Both the position numbers and the translations under genes were made by a program. A model generated the notes under the pieces. That model had not been told where the DNA came from and did no database searches. It saw only the letters and a program-made list of their open reading frames with translations. Below, piece after piece: positions 43,531 to 59,578 of a stretch of 64,000 bases of DNA. Within the stretch, counting starts at the first letter, position 1; each line of letters opens with the position of its first letter. Origin of the DNA: Eledone cirrhosa (lineage: Eukaryota); the NCBI GenBank assembly GCA_964016885.1, contig OZ024742.1:315208001-315272000 (forward strand), read 5' to 3'.

Positions 43531-44680
43531 TGCGAGTGTGCATATGTAAATACGAATAAATACGAGGGTGTATGAGAGATGGATGCAGGGAGTATTTTAC
43601 TAGGGGCGTATTATCGAGTGAGTTACAAGGAACGTTAAATGGGGGATAATATATAATGAACAAGTGTGCAGACACAATTCATTATCCAGTTTAACACCAC
43701 CAACATTGTTCTTGGGTTTCTTTAATTGTATCTCCTCTATTTCAAGCATTTGGACCAGGGGTCCAACTTCAAGATACTCTTATCCCAGTCACAGTTACAT
43801 TAAAAACAGTCATGTACACAGCACTTTCTTTTTTTTTTAGTAAACCGTAAAAAAATATGCGTGGAAGAAATATATTAAACAAGATAAAGTGCGTGAGATT
43901 AGAGAGTGCGAGTCAGAAAAGATGTAAGAATGTTTAGTATGAAAGCTGAAAGTGAGATAGTGAACGGGATCAGAATAGGTAAAATATTATACTTGCCCCA
44001 TTTTATAACGAAACGATGAAATCTCTCCAAGAACTACTGTACAAAACTGTTTATTTTAAAGTGTTTCTATATAGTTGACCTTGGCAGGATTTGAACTTAG
44101 AACATAAAGAGTCGGAAAAAATATCGTAAAATATTTTGCCCGACACTCTAATTCACTGCCCTAAGCATGGGAGTAATAAAAAAATAAAAAAATACCTTAA
44201 ACAACTTTTGAATTACACATTCACACACAGACATATATACACCTACACACACCTATATATACAAACTGATTCACTTGGAACATGCGGCACCCAAGAGAGA
44301 GGTCTCACTTGTCATGACCAGGTGGTAACGAAAGATGGAATGCGTGTAGGTTTTTAGACGCTGTAGAAGTGAAGTTGTTCAGTATGTGGGAAGAAGAATA
44401 TTAAATAACGAGGATTATAGTAACGAGTCCAAAGCCTGTTGTACTAGCGGAATAAGTAGTATTCAGTTTCTTCACCAAATTAGAATAAAGCTACGTTTAT
44501 AATATTTTCTTATTATTTTTTCTACCTTTCTGCTTGTACTCTCCTGACGACAGACTAAAGTCCAATACGTCGAACTCCTTTTTCTCTCTTTCATCTAAGT
44601 GTGAACCTAATAACATTAATCGTATCTCTGTATTTGCCTTTTTCTAAATTATATATATATATATATATATATAAATATAT

Positions 44681-44841
44681 AGGAACGAGTAGGACCCCGA
44701 CGGCTGAGCTCAAGCCGTTTCGGCGGCTAATTCTGGACTCCATCGGGGTCCTACTCGTTCTTATTACCCACTCTACTACCCTAAGTATTGAGTACGTTGG
44801 GGCGTTATGGTCCACCTGGTTCCTTATCACATTTCCTTCGT

Positions 44842-44842
<1 letters not shown>
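44681..44842. mobile_element. Family B PLE pseudo-LTR remnant
   Basis: Inverted arm with HHR 3' half (minus: GAAA CGGCU-UGAGCUC-AGCCG UC GGGGUC), junction near 44741, tail to (TA)n. Confidence 0.82.
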
Positions 44843-44931
<89 letters not shown>

Positions 44932-45032
44932 CAGATATAGAGAAAGACGGATAGAGAGAAAGGGGAACACAGTTGAAAGACACCATTGACAGAGGTTTTA
45001 GATTAGAACACTCCTCTCCACCATTGTTACCT

Positions 45033-45402
45033 CAATAAAGTACCAGTAACGCACTGGTGTCGATTTAATCGACTTTTCCTCTCCCAAAATGGTTGGCCTT
45101 GTGCTCAAATCAGAAACCATTATTATCATTCGGTAGTTTGGCAGTATCAGTAGAACGTCAGACACCATGCTTTGCAGCTTAGAGTTATGGCCCTTTGCGT
45201 TCTGAGTTCAAATTCCGCCGAGGTTGACTTTGCCTTTCAACCTTACGGGGTCGATAAAATAAACCACCAGTAACGCACTGAGGTAATTGCTGGCCTTGTG
45301 CCTATTGTAGAAATCATTATTATCGTTAAAGCATCTGCATCATTTAGTTTTGGTCCTTTGACATTCTGATTTCCTTTCGGGGTAGATTAATAAATTACCA
45401 GT
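45033..45402 (+). mobile_element. Tandem tRNA-SINE copies and fragments
   Basis: gttctgagttcaaattccgccgaggttgactttgcc...ggggtcgataaaataaa; taaagtaccagt body occurs in several copies. Confidence 0.8.
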
Positions 45403-46092
45403 CCTAGGGTGGTGGAATGTCGAAATTGTTAAAGTGTCGAGTGAGTTGACTTTTAATATATTTTCCGGCTCTGTGTGTCTTCAGTACAAATCCCATCTTT
45501 TGTCGTCAGAAAAACGGTGGTGACAGATCTACCAGGATGCAGCCGCCAGGTATTATCAGTAATAGAAAGACCAATGGAAAAATAATGTTTTGGGTCAAAT
45601 TTAAAGATTGGCCCTTTCCTTCCTGATCTTACCGAAATAATGATATAGATTGATATTATGAGTGCTCATAATATCAATATATTGTAATAAATGTTTTAAT
45701 TTTAATTTTTTGGAGGGGTGTATTTTAAAAAGCATGTTTAGTCTGGGATGTATCTGGTTCGTATATTCGAAAGATAGATAAATATCAGAAAGAAAAATAA
45801 AAGCAAAATTAAGTAATGGGAAAATGGGGAAGGAATAAAGAATGGCAGATATGGCTGTATGGGAAAGTAGAGGAAAGGACTATGAAAGCCATAAATGAGA
45901 GGAAACGGAGGGGAAAAGCAAGGACTCTAAAGCCACAGACGAAAGGGAGGAGAAAGGAATGGGCTCTGGGTCTAGGACGCGGCGGTTATGGGGCTGCACC
46001 CCACGATCAAGACGACAGAAGCATTTCCGGAGACAAATGGTAATATTTACAATGAAATGTGTACTAAACGCATTTTTGAATGATGAAAATAA

Positions 46093-46216
46093 ATAATTGT
46101 TTCTACTTTAGGCACAAGGCTAGCAATTACCCAGTGCATTACTGGTACTTTATTTTATCGACCCCGTAAGGATGAAAGGCAAAGTCAACCTCGGCGGGAT
46201 TTGAACTCAGATCGTA
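46093..46216 (-). mobile_element. tRNA-SINE fragment
   Basis: actggtactttattttatcgaccccgtaaggatgaaaggcaaagtcaacctcggcgggatttgaactcag. Confidence 0.85.
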
Positions 46217-46383
46217 ATGAAGAAAATAAATAATAAAGATGAAAATGTAACTATGTTGTTGCTATTTTCTTATCTTAACAGGAAAGCTGCTGAAAATCAA
46301 GATCCTTTATTTGGTGTTGATGGTGTCATTTTTGTGAGGGGGGCTGCAATTTAGCGTTGGATTCTGCTATATGAGAAATAGAC

Positions 46384-46424
<41 letters not shown>

Positions 46425-46425
46425 C

Positions 46426-46456
<31 letters not shown>

Positions 46457-46518
46457 CATATAATATTATAATGAAATGACAGGAGGCTGGATTTGTGTAA
46501 ATCCTTGAAAGGTTTATT

Positions 46519-46576
46519 ATACTATGATCATTTCAATGACCGGGTTCCGTATGAATCCGGTGATATCATCAGGTAT
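46519..46576 (-). ncRNA. Hammerhead ribozyme, minimal type I (in TA-flanked insert about 46465-46662)
   Basis: AUAC CUGAUGA UAUC-ACCGG..CCGGU-CAUU GAAA UGAUCA UA GUAU; palindromic stem III AUGAUCAU. Confidence 0.8.
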
Positions 46577-46662
46577 TCGAAATATAATACGTGAATGTAA
46601 TAGGTAAAATCCATGGGGCTGAAAATCGAGACCCGAGGGCGACCGCTATTCTGTTCCTTCAA

Positions 46663-46762
46663 TATATATATATATGTATATATATATATGTGTATATATA
46701 TGTATATTTATATATATATATATATATGTGTATATATATATATGTATATATATATGTATATT

Positions 46763-46795
<33 letters not shown>

Positions 46796-46826
46796 GTATA
46801 TACATATATATATATATATGTATATA

Positions 46827-46889
<63 letters not shown>

Positions 46890-46891
46890 GC

Positions 46892-46925
<34 letters not shown>

Positions 46926-46926
46926 G

Positions 46927-47002
<76 letters not shown>

Positions 47003-47027
47003 TATACATATATATATATATATATAC

Positions 47028-47058
<31 letters not shown>

Positions 47059-47084
47059 CATATATATACATATATATATATATA
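46663..47084. repeat. (TA)n tract
   Basis: Direct reading. Confidence 0.95.
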
Positions 47085-47203
47085 CAAACAAATAACGAAA
47101 CGAAATTAAATTTCGTTTCGTTTGTAACTCACTTTTATATATATATATATATATATATATACAATATTAAATAAATGGAAAACTATATTTATAAAACCAT
47201 ATT

Positions 47204-47269
47204 TATTTCATTATATATATTTCGGGGATATCATATTAACAATATGCTATGCCTTCATCAGACAAAATA
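47204..47269 (-). ncRNA. Hammerhead ribozyme, minimal type I (family C variant)
   Basis: UAUUUUGU CUGAUGA AGGCAUAG-CAUAUU-GUU-AAUAUG-AUAUCCCC GAAA UAUAUA UA AUGAAAUA. Confidence 0.75.
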
Positions 47270-47517
47270 CAATATAAACAGTTTTATAGATAAATATATT
47301 CGACATACCGTAATAAACATCAACTTCATTTGAAGAGGTTCACTCTAGCAGTGAAAATACAGAGACAAAGAAAGAGAGAGAGAAAAGAGGGAAATAAGAA
47401 AGAAAGAAAGACAAAACGAAGAAAAGGAAGAAAAAGAAGAAAAAGAAGAAATGCATGGGACAAAATAGAGAGATGGAAAAATAGATAAAGCGAAGAGCTT
47501 CATGTAAAGAGACCGAA

Positions 47518-47606
<89 letters not shown>

Positions 47607-47613
47607 GATATAT

Positions 47614-48059
<446 letters not shown>

Positions 48060-48060
48060 G

Positions 48061-48241
<181 letters not shown>

Positions 48242-48744
48242 CAAAAAAGAGAAATAGGACGAAGGTAAACAGTTACAAAAGGATTTAATCCACGTATTAA
48301 CAATTGTTTCATCAGAATTTCAGTCCATTATTGCTACACTATGTCATAATAGGCAATCAAGAAAGATACTGTGACATCCGAATTTTAAAAATACAAAGTT
48401 GAAATGCCCTTAGGAAATGAAATAAGGGGTAGTAGTGTAAGATAGAGGAACAGAGAGAGAGAGGGGAAAATGAGAGGGAGAGAGAGAGAAAAAAGGGACG
48501 GAGGTAGGGAGAGAAAGAGAAAGAGATAGGGTGGTGTGAGAGGATTTGTATAGAATATAGTTAAGTTACAAGAAGGGAGGGGGAGGAGGATTGTGTGCTA
48601 AAAGTTGTGATGAGTAGAGGGAGAGATATGGAAGATAGAATTTTAAGTGGTAGTTGGTAGTGGACAGGCAAAAGTTTTACCAGAGAATAGATGAAGGAAG
48701 AAAGTATTAAATTTCATATATAGTCTATTTTTAGGAGGGTAGAA

Positions 48745-49340
48745 TTGTTATTTAGGGTAGAAAAGTAGTGTTAAGATTTAGTTGAAGGTTTGAAGTGTGA
48801 GAATTTCGCTTTCAGTTTATGCTGGCAAAAGATTGACCTTTCAATTTTGTTGTTGAGTAGTTGATGGCCTGAGCTTAGGATATGGAAGAGCTCATTATTA
48901 CACAACGGGCACGTTTTCATCCCACTCCGGTATGGAGGAGCATGTAAGAGTTTGATCCATTTAAGGGTGTATTGTCGGTTACTCCCTTTTAAGTGCCAAA
49001 TTTTGTCGGCGAGGGTCGTTAAGGTGTTGAGGGTGCTTTATTGCGTAACGATGCGTGTACCAACGAGTTTTGAAGGTGTTTGCAGTGCTGCCTATGTAGT
49101 GCCAGGTTTGGTTGTCCGACTCAACCGAGCGCCTGTACACTAGGTTTGAATGCAAACATTCGTTATTCAACGGACAAGTCTCTGGAAGGTGGCAATTAGA
49201 ATTTCTGTTATGGGCAGTGGTGGAGTTATAGGTGGGCTGGGATGTGTGTGTGAGTGTGTTTTGTGCATACTGTTTGTTAGTGGGTGGTTGTGTATTAAGT
49301 GTATTATTGTGTTGAGTGATTGGGGTGTTGTTGTTACGGA
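48745..49340 (-). pseudogene. Frameshifted C-terminus of PLE1: Cys-rich linker and GIY-YIG endonuclease
   Basis: CHLPETCPLNNECLHSNLVY...YIGSTANTFKTRWYTH; a further frame gives TLADKIWHLK...CPLCNNE...LLN...CQH. Shifts at the T8 run near 49342 and near 49020. Confidence 0.8.
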
Positions 49341-51109
49341 GTTTTTTTTACGTTGAGCATCTTAATGTGTGCGTCTAGGTTTGGTGCAGTGGAATAAGAT
49401 AGTCTAATTGTTTTGGTATTGAGTATACTACTATATTTATGTGAATTTGGAAAGTGTTTTCTTATAATTTTGTAGAATGTGGAAGGTAAGTTAGAGCTAA
49501 TAGAAGAGTTAAAAATAGGATTATACCAAATGTAAGATCTACTCCGTGTTCTGTTTTGCTTTGATGTTGCTGTTGTATTTGTGGTGTGGTTAGTATTAGG
49601 GGGTCTAGGTGCGTGTGTGTGGGTGTTTGTGGGGCGTTTGGCGTGTCTATGGTTATGTGTTTTATGGTTGTGACGGTCTATGTATTCTAGTTTGTCGGTG
49701 TGGCCAGCCCGTTCTAATGCAGTGTTGTAATATTCAGCGTGTTGATCAAATATTTGTTGGTTAGATGAGAGGCGGGATATTCTAAGTGATATACTATGTG
49801 GCACAGACCTTATAATAGATAGTGGGTGGTTAGAGCTAGTGTGGATGTAGGTGAGGTTCTCATTGTTTTTGTGAAAGAGTGTGATAATTTGGGTGTTGAG
49901 GTTGAAGGTGGCATCTAGGAAGTTAACTACTTTGGTACTATATTCGTAGGTGATTTTAAGGCCAAGGCTATCTAGGGTTCTTCTAATCCTCTTACGGGTT
50001 CGCTCTATGTTTTGTTTATTCATGTTTTTAACTAATAGGAGAGCGTCATCTCTATATATTCCGCCTTGAAGGTAACTAAATTTATTATGTAAGGTGTGGG
50101 CTATGTAAATACCAACAATATCCGTAACTTGTGCTGAGCCATTAGCACCCATAGTTATGTCAAAGTTACCTATTCTATCCTTACGTACCCAAAAGTTATT
50201 TTCAAATTTAATTATCGTCTTTCTAGCTGCTAGGATAATGTTTATTTCGTCGTCGGTTAAGTCAGAGTTGGCTTTCGCAAATGCTAGTGCCTTGTTTAGA
50301 GTATCGGGTGATATGGAGGAGTAATAGTCATTAATGTCGAATTGTATAAAGTTAGAGGTATTTTTGTTGTCTATACTATTAAACCATTTAATTGTGTCGC
50401 TAGTATTGTCCCAAAGTTTAATAACTAGTTTATTCCTTAATTGTATTATTATTCTATCTAAAATATGCTTGTTAATTTTACCTATGTCTGACTTAGAAGG
50501 GCATATTAATCTAATTGTGGGTTTATCTAGGAAATCTAATTTGTGGTCCTTAAGATTAAAGGTGGGGGTGCGAGTTGTCATGGGCTCAGTTCTATCTTCA
50601 AGTTCTAGACTTTTGACCATATGGTGTGCTTGTTTGTTGATGTTAAGTAGTGCTTGGTTATTGGTTTTCTTATATTTTTTATGTAATTCCTTCCGTATAA
50701 GGTCGTGGTAGGTATTAATGTCCATTGTGTACACGTTAGATGTTTTATCCGCTTTGACAATAATCCCGTTAGTAGTGCGCAGCTTGTTAAGAAAGGTATC
50801 CATGTCTTTATGAAGCTTATTGGTTTTGAACTTCTTATATTTAGTATTCATGACCATCTTAAGTAAGTCCTGTTCAAAGGCGTCCAGTAGAGGGTTAGTG
50901 GGTGGGTTTTTACAGGAGTTGAACCTATATGTATTCTTTCCAGAGTTAGCGGCATAATCATTACGTCCTTTGTCGAAGTGAAATGTTTTCCATCTGACGC
51001 GGCGTATGAAATCGTTGGTGCGCTGGATCATTCCAAGAGTGTAATCCTTCCTTTTGGGTAAAGGTATATTCTTTAGGGACATACCGATGTAATGTTTGTC
51101 CATGTCCAA
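49334..51109 (-). CDS. PLE reverse transcriptase (N-terminal 591 aa of a frameshifted ORF)
   Basis: Motifs VKADKT, FDINDYYSSI (A), ITMGANGSAQVTDIVG (B), YRDD (C), VNFLD (E), YIHTSSNHP, WYNP. Confidence 0.9.
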   Translation of the reverse strand: MDMDKHYIGMSLKNIPLPKRKDYTLGMIQRTNDFIRRVRWKTFHFDKGRNDYAANSGKNTYRFNSCKNPPTNPLLDAFEQDLLKMVMNTKYKKFKTNKLHKDMDTFLNKLRTTNGIIVKADKTSNVYTMDINTYHDLIRKELHKKYKKTNNQALLNINKQAHHMVKSLELEDRTEPMTTRTPTFNLKDHKLDFLDKPTIRLICPSKSDIGKINKHILDRIIIQLRNKLVIKLWDNTSDTIKWFNSIDNKNTSNFIQFDINDYYSSISPDTLNKALAFAKANSDLTDDEINIILAARKTIIKFENNFWVRKDRIGNFDITMGANGSAQVTDIVGIYIAHTLHNKFSYLQGGIYRDDALLLVKNMNKQNIERTRKRIRRTLDSLGLKITYEYSTKVVNFLDATFNLNTQIITLFHKNNENLTYIHTSSNHPLSIIRSVPHSISLRISRLSSNQQIFDQHAEYYNTALERAGHTDKLEYIDRHNHKTHNHRHAKRPTNTHTHAPRPPNTNHTTNTTATSKQNRTRSRSYIWYNPIFNSSISSNLPSTFYKIIRKHFPNSHKYSSILNTKTIRLSYSTAPNLDAHIKMLNVKKTP

Positions 51110-51760
51110 GGCGTAAGTTGAAGTGGTGGCTCAACCAGATAGGAGCATAAATTCAGTAATTAGGAATATTCCAAAGCTTGGTAGAACAAGTTGTGAGGAA
51201 AGTTATCAACATACGTTAAGGTGACTCGACAGGTTGGTAGGGTTCTGTGGTGGAAACACGTCCCTTTTCTCTCTCTCTCTCCCTCTCATTCTCCCCTCTC
51301 TCTCTCTCTGTTCCTCTATCTTACACTACTACCCCTTATTTCATTTCCTAAGGTCATTTCAACTTTGTATTTTTAAAATTCGGATGTCACAGTATCTTTC
51401 TTGATTGCCTATTATGACATAGTGTAGCAATAATGGACTGAAATTCTGATGAAACAATTGTTAATACGTGGATTAAATCCTTTTGTAACTGTTTACCTTC
51501 GTCCTATTTCTCTTTTTTGATTACACTCCTCGTTTGTTCGTGTTTCCACCAGAGAATCCCTACCAACCTGTTGAGTCACCTTAACGTATGTTGAGAACTT
51601 TCCTCACAACTTGTTCTACCGAGGTTTGGAATATTCCTAATTACTGAATATATATATATACATATATATATGTATATCCAGGTATGGACATAGAGTAAAG
51701 AATGCAAATGCAAAAGATATTGTTGACAATTAGACTTTTGCCTTAGATTTATTTAAATGT

Positions 51761-51795
51761 CCTTAATTTTCGAGATAATATCTCTTCTTCGGAGG
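51761..51795 (-). ncRNA. Ultra-minimal HHR-like motif (U4C core variant)
   Basis: CCU CCGAAGA A GAGAU-AUU-AUCUC GAAAAUUA AGG, in a TA-flanked insert (51679-51867) that ends in a 59-nt palindrome. Confidence 0.5.
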
Positions 51796-51867
51796 GAAGT
51801 AAAGCGGTTAAACCAGTGTTCTAAATAGCTTGCCAAGTCTTGACAAGCTATTTAGAACACTGGTTTA

Positions 51868-53412
<1,545 letters not shown>

Positions 53413-53536
53413 TGTATATATAGTGTATTTTGCAATACACTGTATGCTTAATAAAAAGCATTTTGAAGACCTTATGCTATTGTTTTAGAGTAGTGCAGAC
53501 TCACTTACTTTAATTTCAGCAAACAGGGGGAGATAA

Positions 53537-53582
53537 AGCTAACAAGGCCTTGTTTCTGCATTTATTGATGCTTATCAAAGCC
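53537..53582 (-). ncRNA. Hammerhead ribozyme, U3-A8 variant (GUU triplet)
   Basis: GGCU UUGAUAA GCAU-CAAUAA-AUGC A GAAA CAAGGCCUUG UU AGCU. Confidence 0.72.
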
Positions 53583-53802
53583 AACTACTCCTCCCGTTTG
53601 CTGAGAAAACCTGGAGGTTTTGGTTCTTATAGAATTCTAGTAAATAATCAGGAACTGATTATACAGGGTGCTTGCCGGTCAAGCAGAAATATTAAAAATT
53701 AGAATTGTTGCTCTGAAATAGCTATATATATATATATATGAATGTATATATAGTGTATTTTGCAATACACTGTATGCTTAATAAAAAGCGGAGGTAGTAG
53801 TT

Positions 53803-53848
53803 GGCTTTGATAAGCATCAATAAATGCAGAAACAAGGCCTTGTCAGCT
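53803..53848 (+). ncRNA. Hammerhead ribozyme, U3-A8 variant (GUC triplet)
   Basis: GGCU UUGAUAA GCAU-CAAUAA-AUGC A GAAA CAAGGCCUUG UC AGCU; 12-nt palindromic stem III. Confidence 0.78.
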
Positions 53849-54005
53849 TTATCTCCCCCTGTTTGCTGAAATTAAAGTAAGTGAGTCTGTCACTACTCTA
53901 AAACAATAGCATAAGGTCTTCAAAATGCTTTTTATTAAGCATACAGTGTATTGCAAAATACACTATATATACATTCATATATATATAGCTATTTCAGAGC
54001 AACAA

Positions 54006-54616
<611 letters not shown>

Positions 54617-54618
<2 letters not shown>

Positions 54619-54813
54619 CGAAGGAAATGTGGTAAGGAACCAGGTGGACCATAACGCACCAAAGTACTCAATACTTGGGGTAGTAGAGTGGGTAATAGGA
54701 ACCAGTAAGACCCCGACGGCTGAGCTCAAGCCGTTTCGACGGCTAATTCTGGACTAATCCAGAATTAGCCGTGGAAACGGCTTGAGCTCAGCCGTCGGGG
54801 TCTTACTGGTTCC
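54617..54813. mobile_element. Family B palindromic PLE pseudo-LTR remnant
   Basis: Tail 54617-54695; arms about 54696-54753 and 54758-54815, each with the HHR 3' half. Confidence 0.85.
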
Positions 54814-56648
<1,835 letters not shown>

Positions 56649-57009
56649 AACAAATAACGAAACGAAATTAAATTTCGCTTCGTTTGTAACTCACTTTCGT
56701 ATGACTGACGCTTAAACAATTAAGTTAAAAATGTACATCCACATATGTATACTGAAATACTAGTATGTATATGAATACACACACGTGTACATATGTAGAT
56801 GTACCGAGTTTTTCACTGGTCACTTTACTGTGAGTGTCCAGCTATTCTGTATGTAAACACACAGACAAACCGGTTTTTACATACAGAATAGCTGGACACT
56901 CACAGTAAAGTGACCAGTGAAAAACTCGGTACATCTACATATGTACACGTGTGTGTATTCATATACATACTAGTATTTCAGTATACATATGTGGATGTAC
57001 ATTTTTAAC

Positions 57010-57015
<6 letters not shown>
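56649..57015. mobile_element. Family D palindromic insert (140-bp arms, 18-bp spacer, about 70-nt tail)
   Basis: 56718-56857 is the reverse complement of 56876-57015; the tail recurs alone at 47085-47136. Confidence 0.85.
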
Positions 57016-57080
<65 letters not shown>

Positions 57081-57128
57081 ATATATTTATATATATACAT
57101 ATATATATATATATATAGATAGATATAT

Positions 57129-58312
<1,184 letters not shown>

Positions 58313-58401
58313 TATATACGTTATTCCGGGTTGAATCGGAGGTAACCACAGTAAGTAAGGTACTCAATACATTGCAGAGTATAAAAGTTTTAATATAGAT
58401 G

Positions 58402-58452
58402 AGATTCTACAGGACTAGATCTGTTTCATTCTTTAGAAATCATCAGGAATCT
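58402..58452 (-). ncRNA. Hammerhead ribozyme, type I (in palindromic insert 58319-58506)
   Basis: AGAUUC CUGAUGA UUUC-UAAA-GAAU GAAA CAG-AUCUAGUC-CUG UA GAAUCU; 6-bp stem I, GUA triplet. Confidence 0.82.
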
Positions 58453-58512
58453 AATGATTTCTAAAGAATGAAACAGTTCTAGTCCTGTAGAATCTCATCT
58501 ATATTATACATA

Positions 58513-58569
<57 letters not shown>

Positions 58570-58620
58570 GTGGGAAAGTAAAAAATCGGAGAATAGACCG
58601 TTAAAACATGTTTATTTAAA

Positions 58621-58665
58621 ATGTCACCTACGTACGTTTCGCCCAGTTGGGCTTCTCAAGGGCAT
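58621..58665 (-). ncRNA. Hammerhead ribozyme, U3-A8 variant
   Basis: AUGCCC UUGAGAA GCCC-AACU-GGGC GAAA CGUACG UA GGUGACAU; palindromic stem III ACGUACGU; stem I imperfect. Confidence 0.72.
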
Positions 58666-59485
58666 AAATAATCACAAGTGTTCCTTATATAGTTCAGAAA
58701 GAGTTTTGGGGGTTAAATCTACATCAACATTCATTGCTCGCAAAAATATCTTGTATTGATTTTGCAGCAGGTCAAGGGAGGTAACTCTGGCCGGTGTTAG
58801 GGCAGTCTTTCCCGGGTAATTTTTTTTTTTTTTTTTGCCGCATCTGAGGCTGGGTCTGGTATGCAAGGATTGTTTTCTGGGTGTTATTTTGCTGCGCCTG
58901 CCAGCCGGGGTGTTAAGACTTGTTGCAGGGAGATCCAGTGTACTATTTCACTCTTCATTATCTCCAAATTATTTTGTTGAGCAAAAATTTGCCAAAACTA
59001 CTGCTATGGTTCATAGTAATAGCCAGGCTACTGTCTTATTAACACCCCCACTCCTCACTGATTGACCTCGATGTCACGTGATTGATTCTTTTGAATTCGC
59101 CACCGACTAAGTAGGCAGTGATTTTTTCAATGTCCTGGAATTTAGTCCTCGCTTGCTTTTTTCCATCCACTGAATTATTTTTGTATAAGTTCCCTGAGTC
59201 CACGCATTGCCTGGGAACTTAGCTGAGAACAGATCTCCCTGATGACGAAAAGATATTTCTCCACGTTGTTCCAATCGGAAACCATGTTTATTCCCTTTCA
59301 GAAACTAATTAGTTGGAGTGAAATTTTAGTAAGTAAGTAAATTTTAATAACTTTCTTATTTTACGTCTTTCATATAATTGTTCTGCATCGCCTTGCATTG
59401 AACCACAAAGTTACTAAGACAAAACCTATATATTTGCTAGCATAGGTATGCATCTGTATATATATGTTGGTAGATATACTAATTC

Positions 59486-59576
<91 letters not shown>

Positions 59577-59578
<2 letters not shown>

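Larger units (their letters stand above)
48242..51649 (-). mobile_element. Penelope-like retroelement PLE1 (near full length, inverted pseudo-LTR), inserted in (TA)n
   Basis: RT plus GIY-YIG ORF; 48242-48500 is the reverse complement of 51259-51519, and 51151-51260 is the reverse complement of 51539-51649. Confidence 0.92.
53413..54011. mobile_element. Retrozyme-like non-autonomous element: 330-nt monomer, 47-nt terminal redundancy and inverted partial copy
   Basis: 53413-53459 equals 53743-53789. 53790-54011 is the reverse complement of 53699-53742 joined to 53413-53593. Two HHRs; no ORF. Confidence 0.85.

Noticed and set aside
44541-44575. CTGACGA...gactaaagtc...cgtc motif (also 62676-62715 on minus)
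   Set aside because: GAAA or the core is mutated; probably decayed minimal HHRs, so not listed as features.
50334-50711. 125-aa plus-strand ORF inside PLE1
   Set aside because: Antisense shadow of the RT ORF.
59238-59262. CTGATGA-C-GAAA as a hammerhead
   Set aside because: No room for stem II and no convincing stem I or III.
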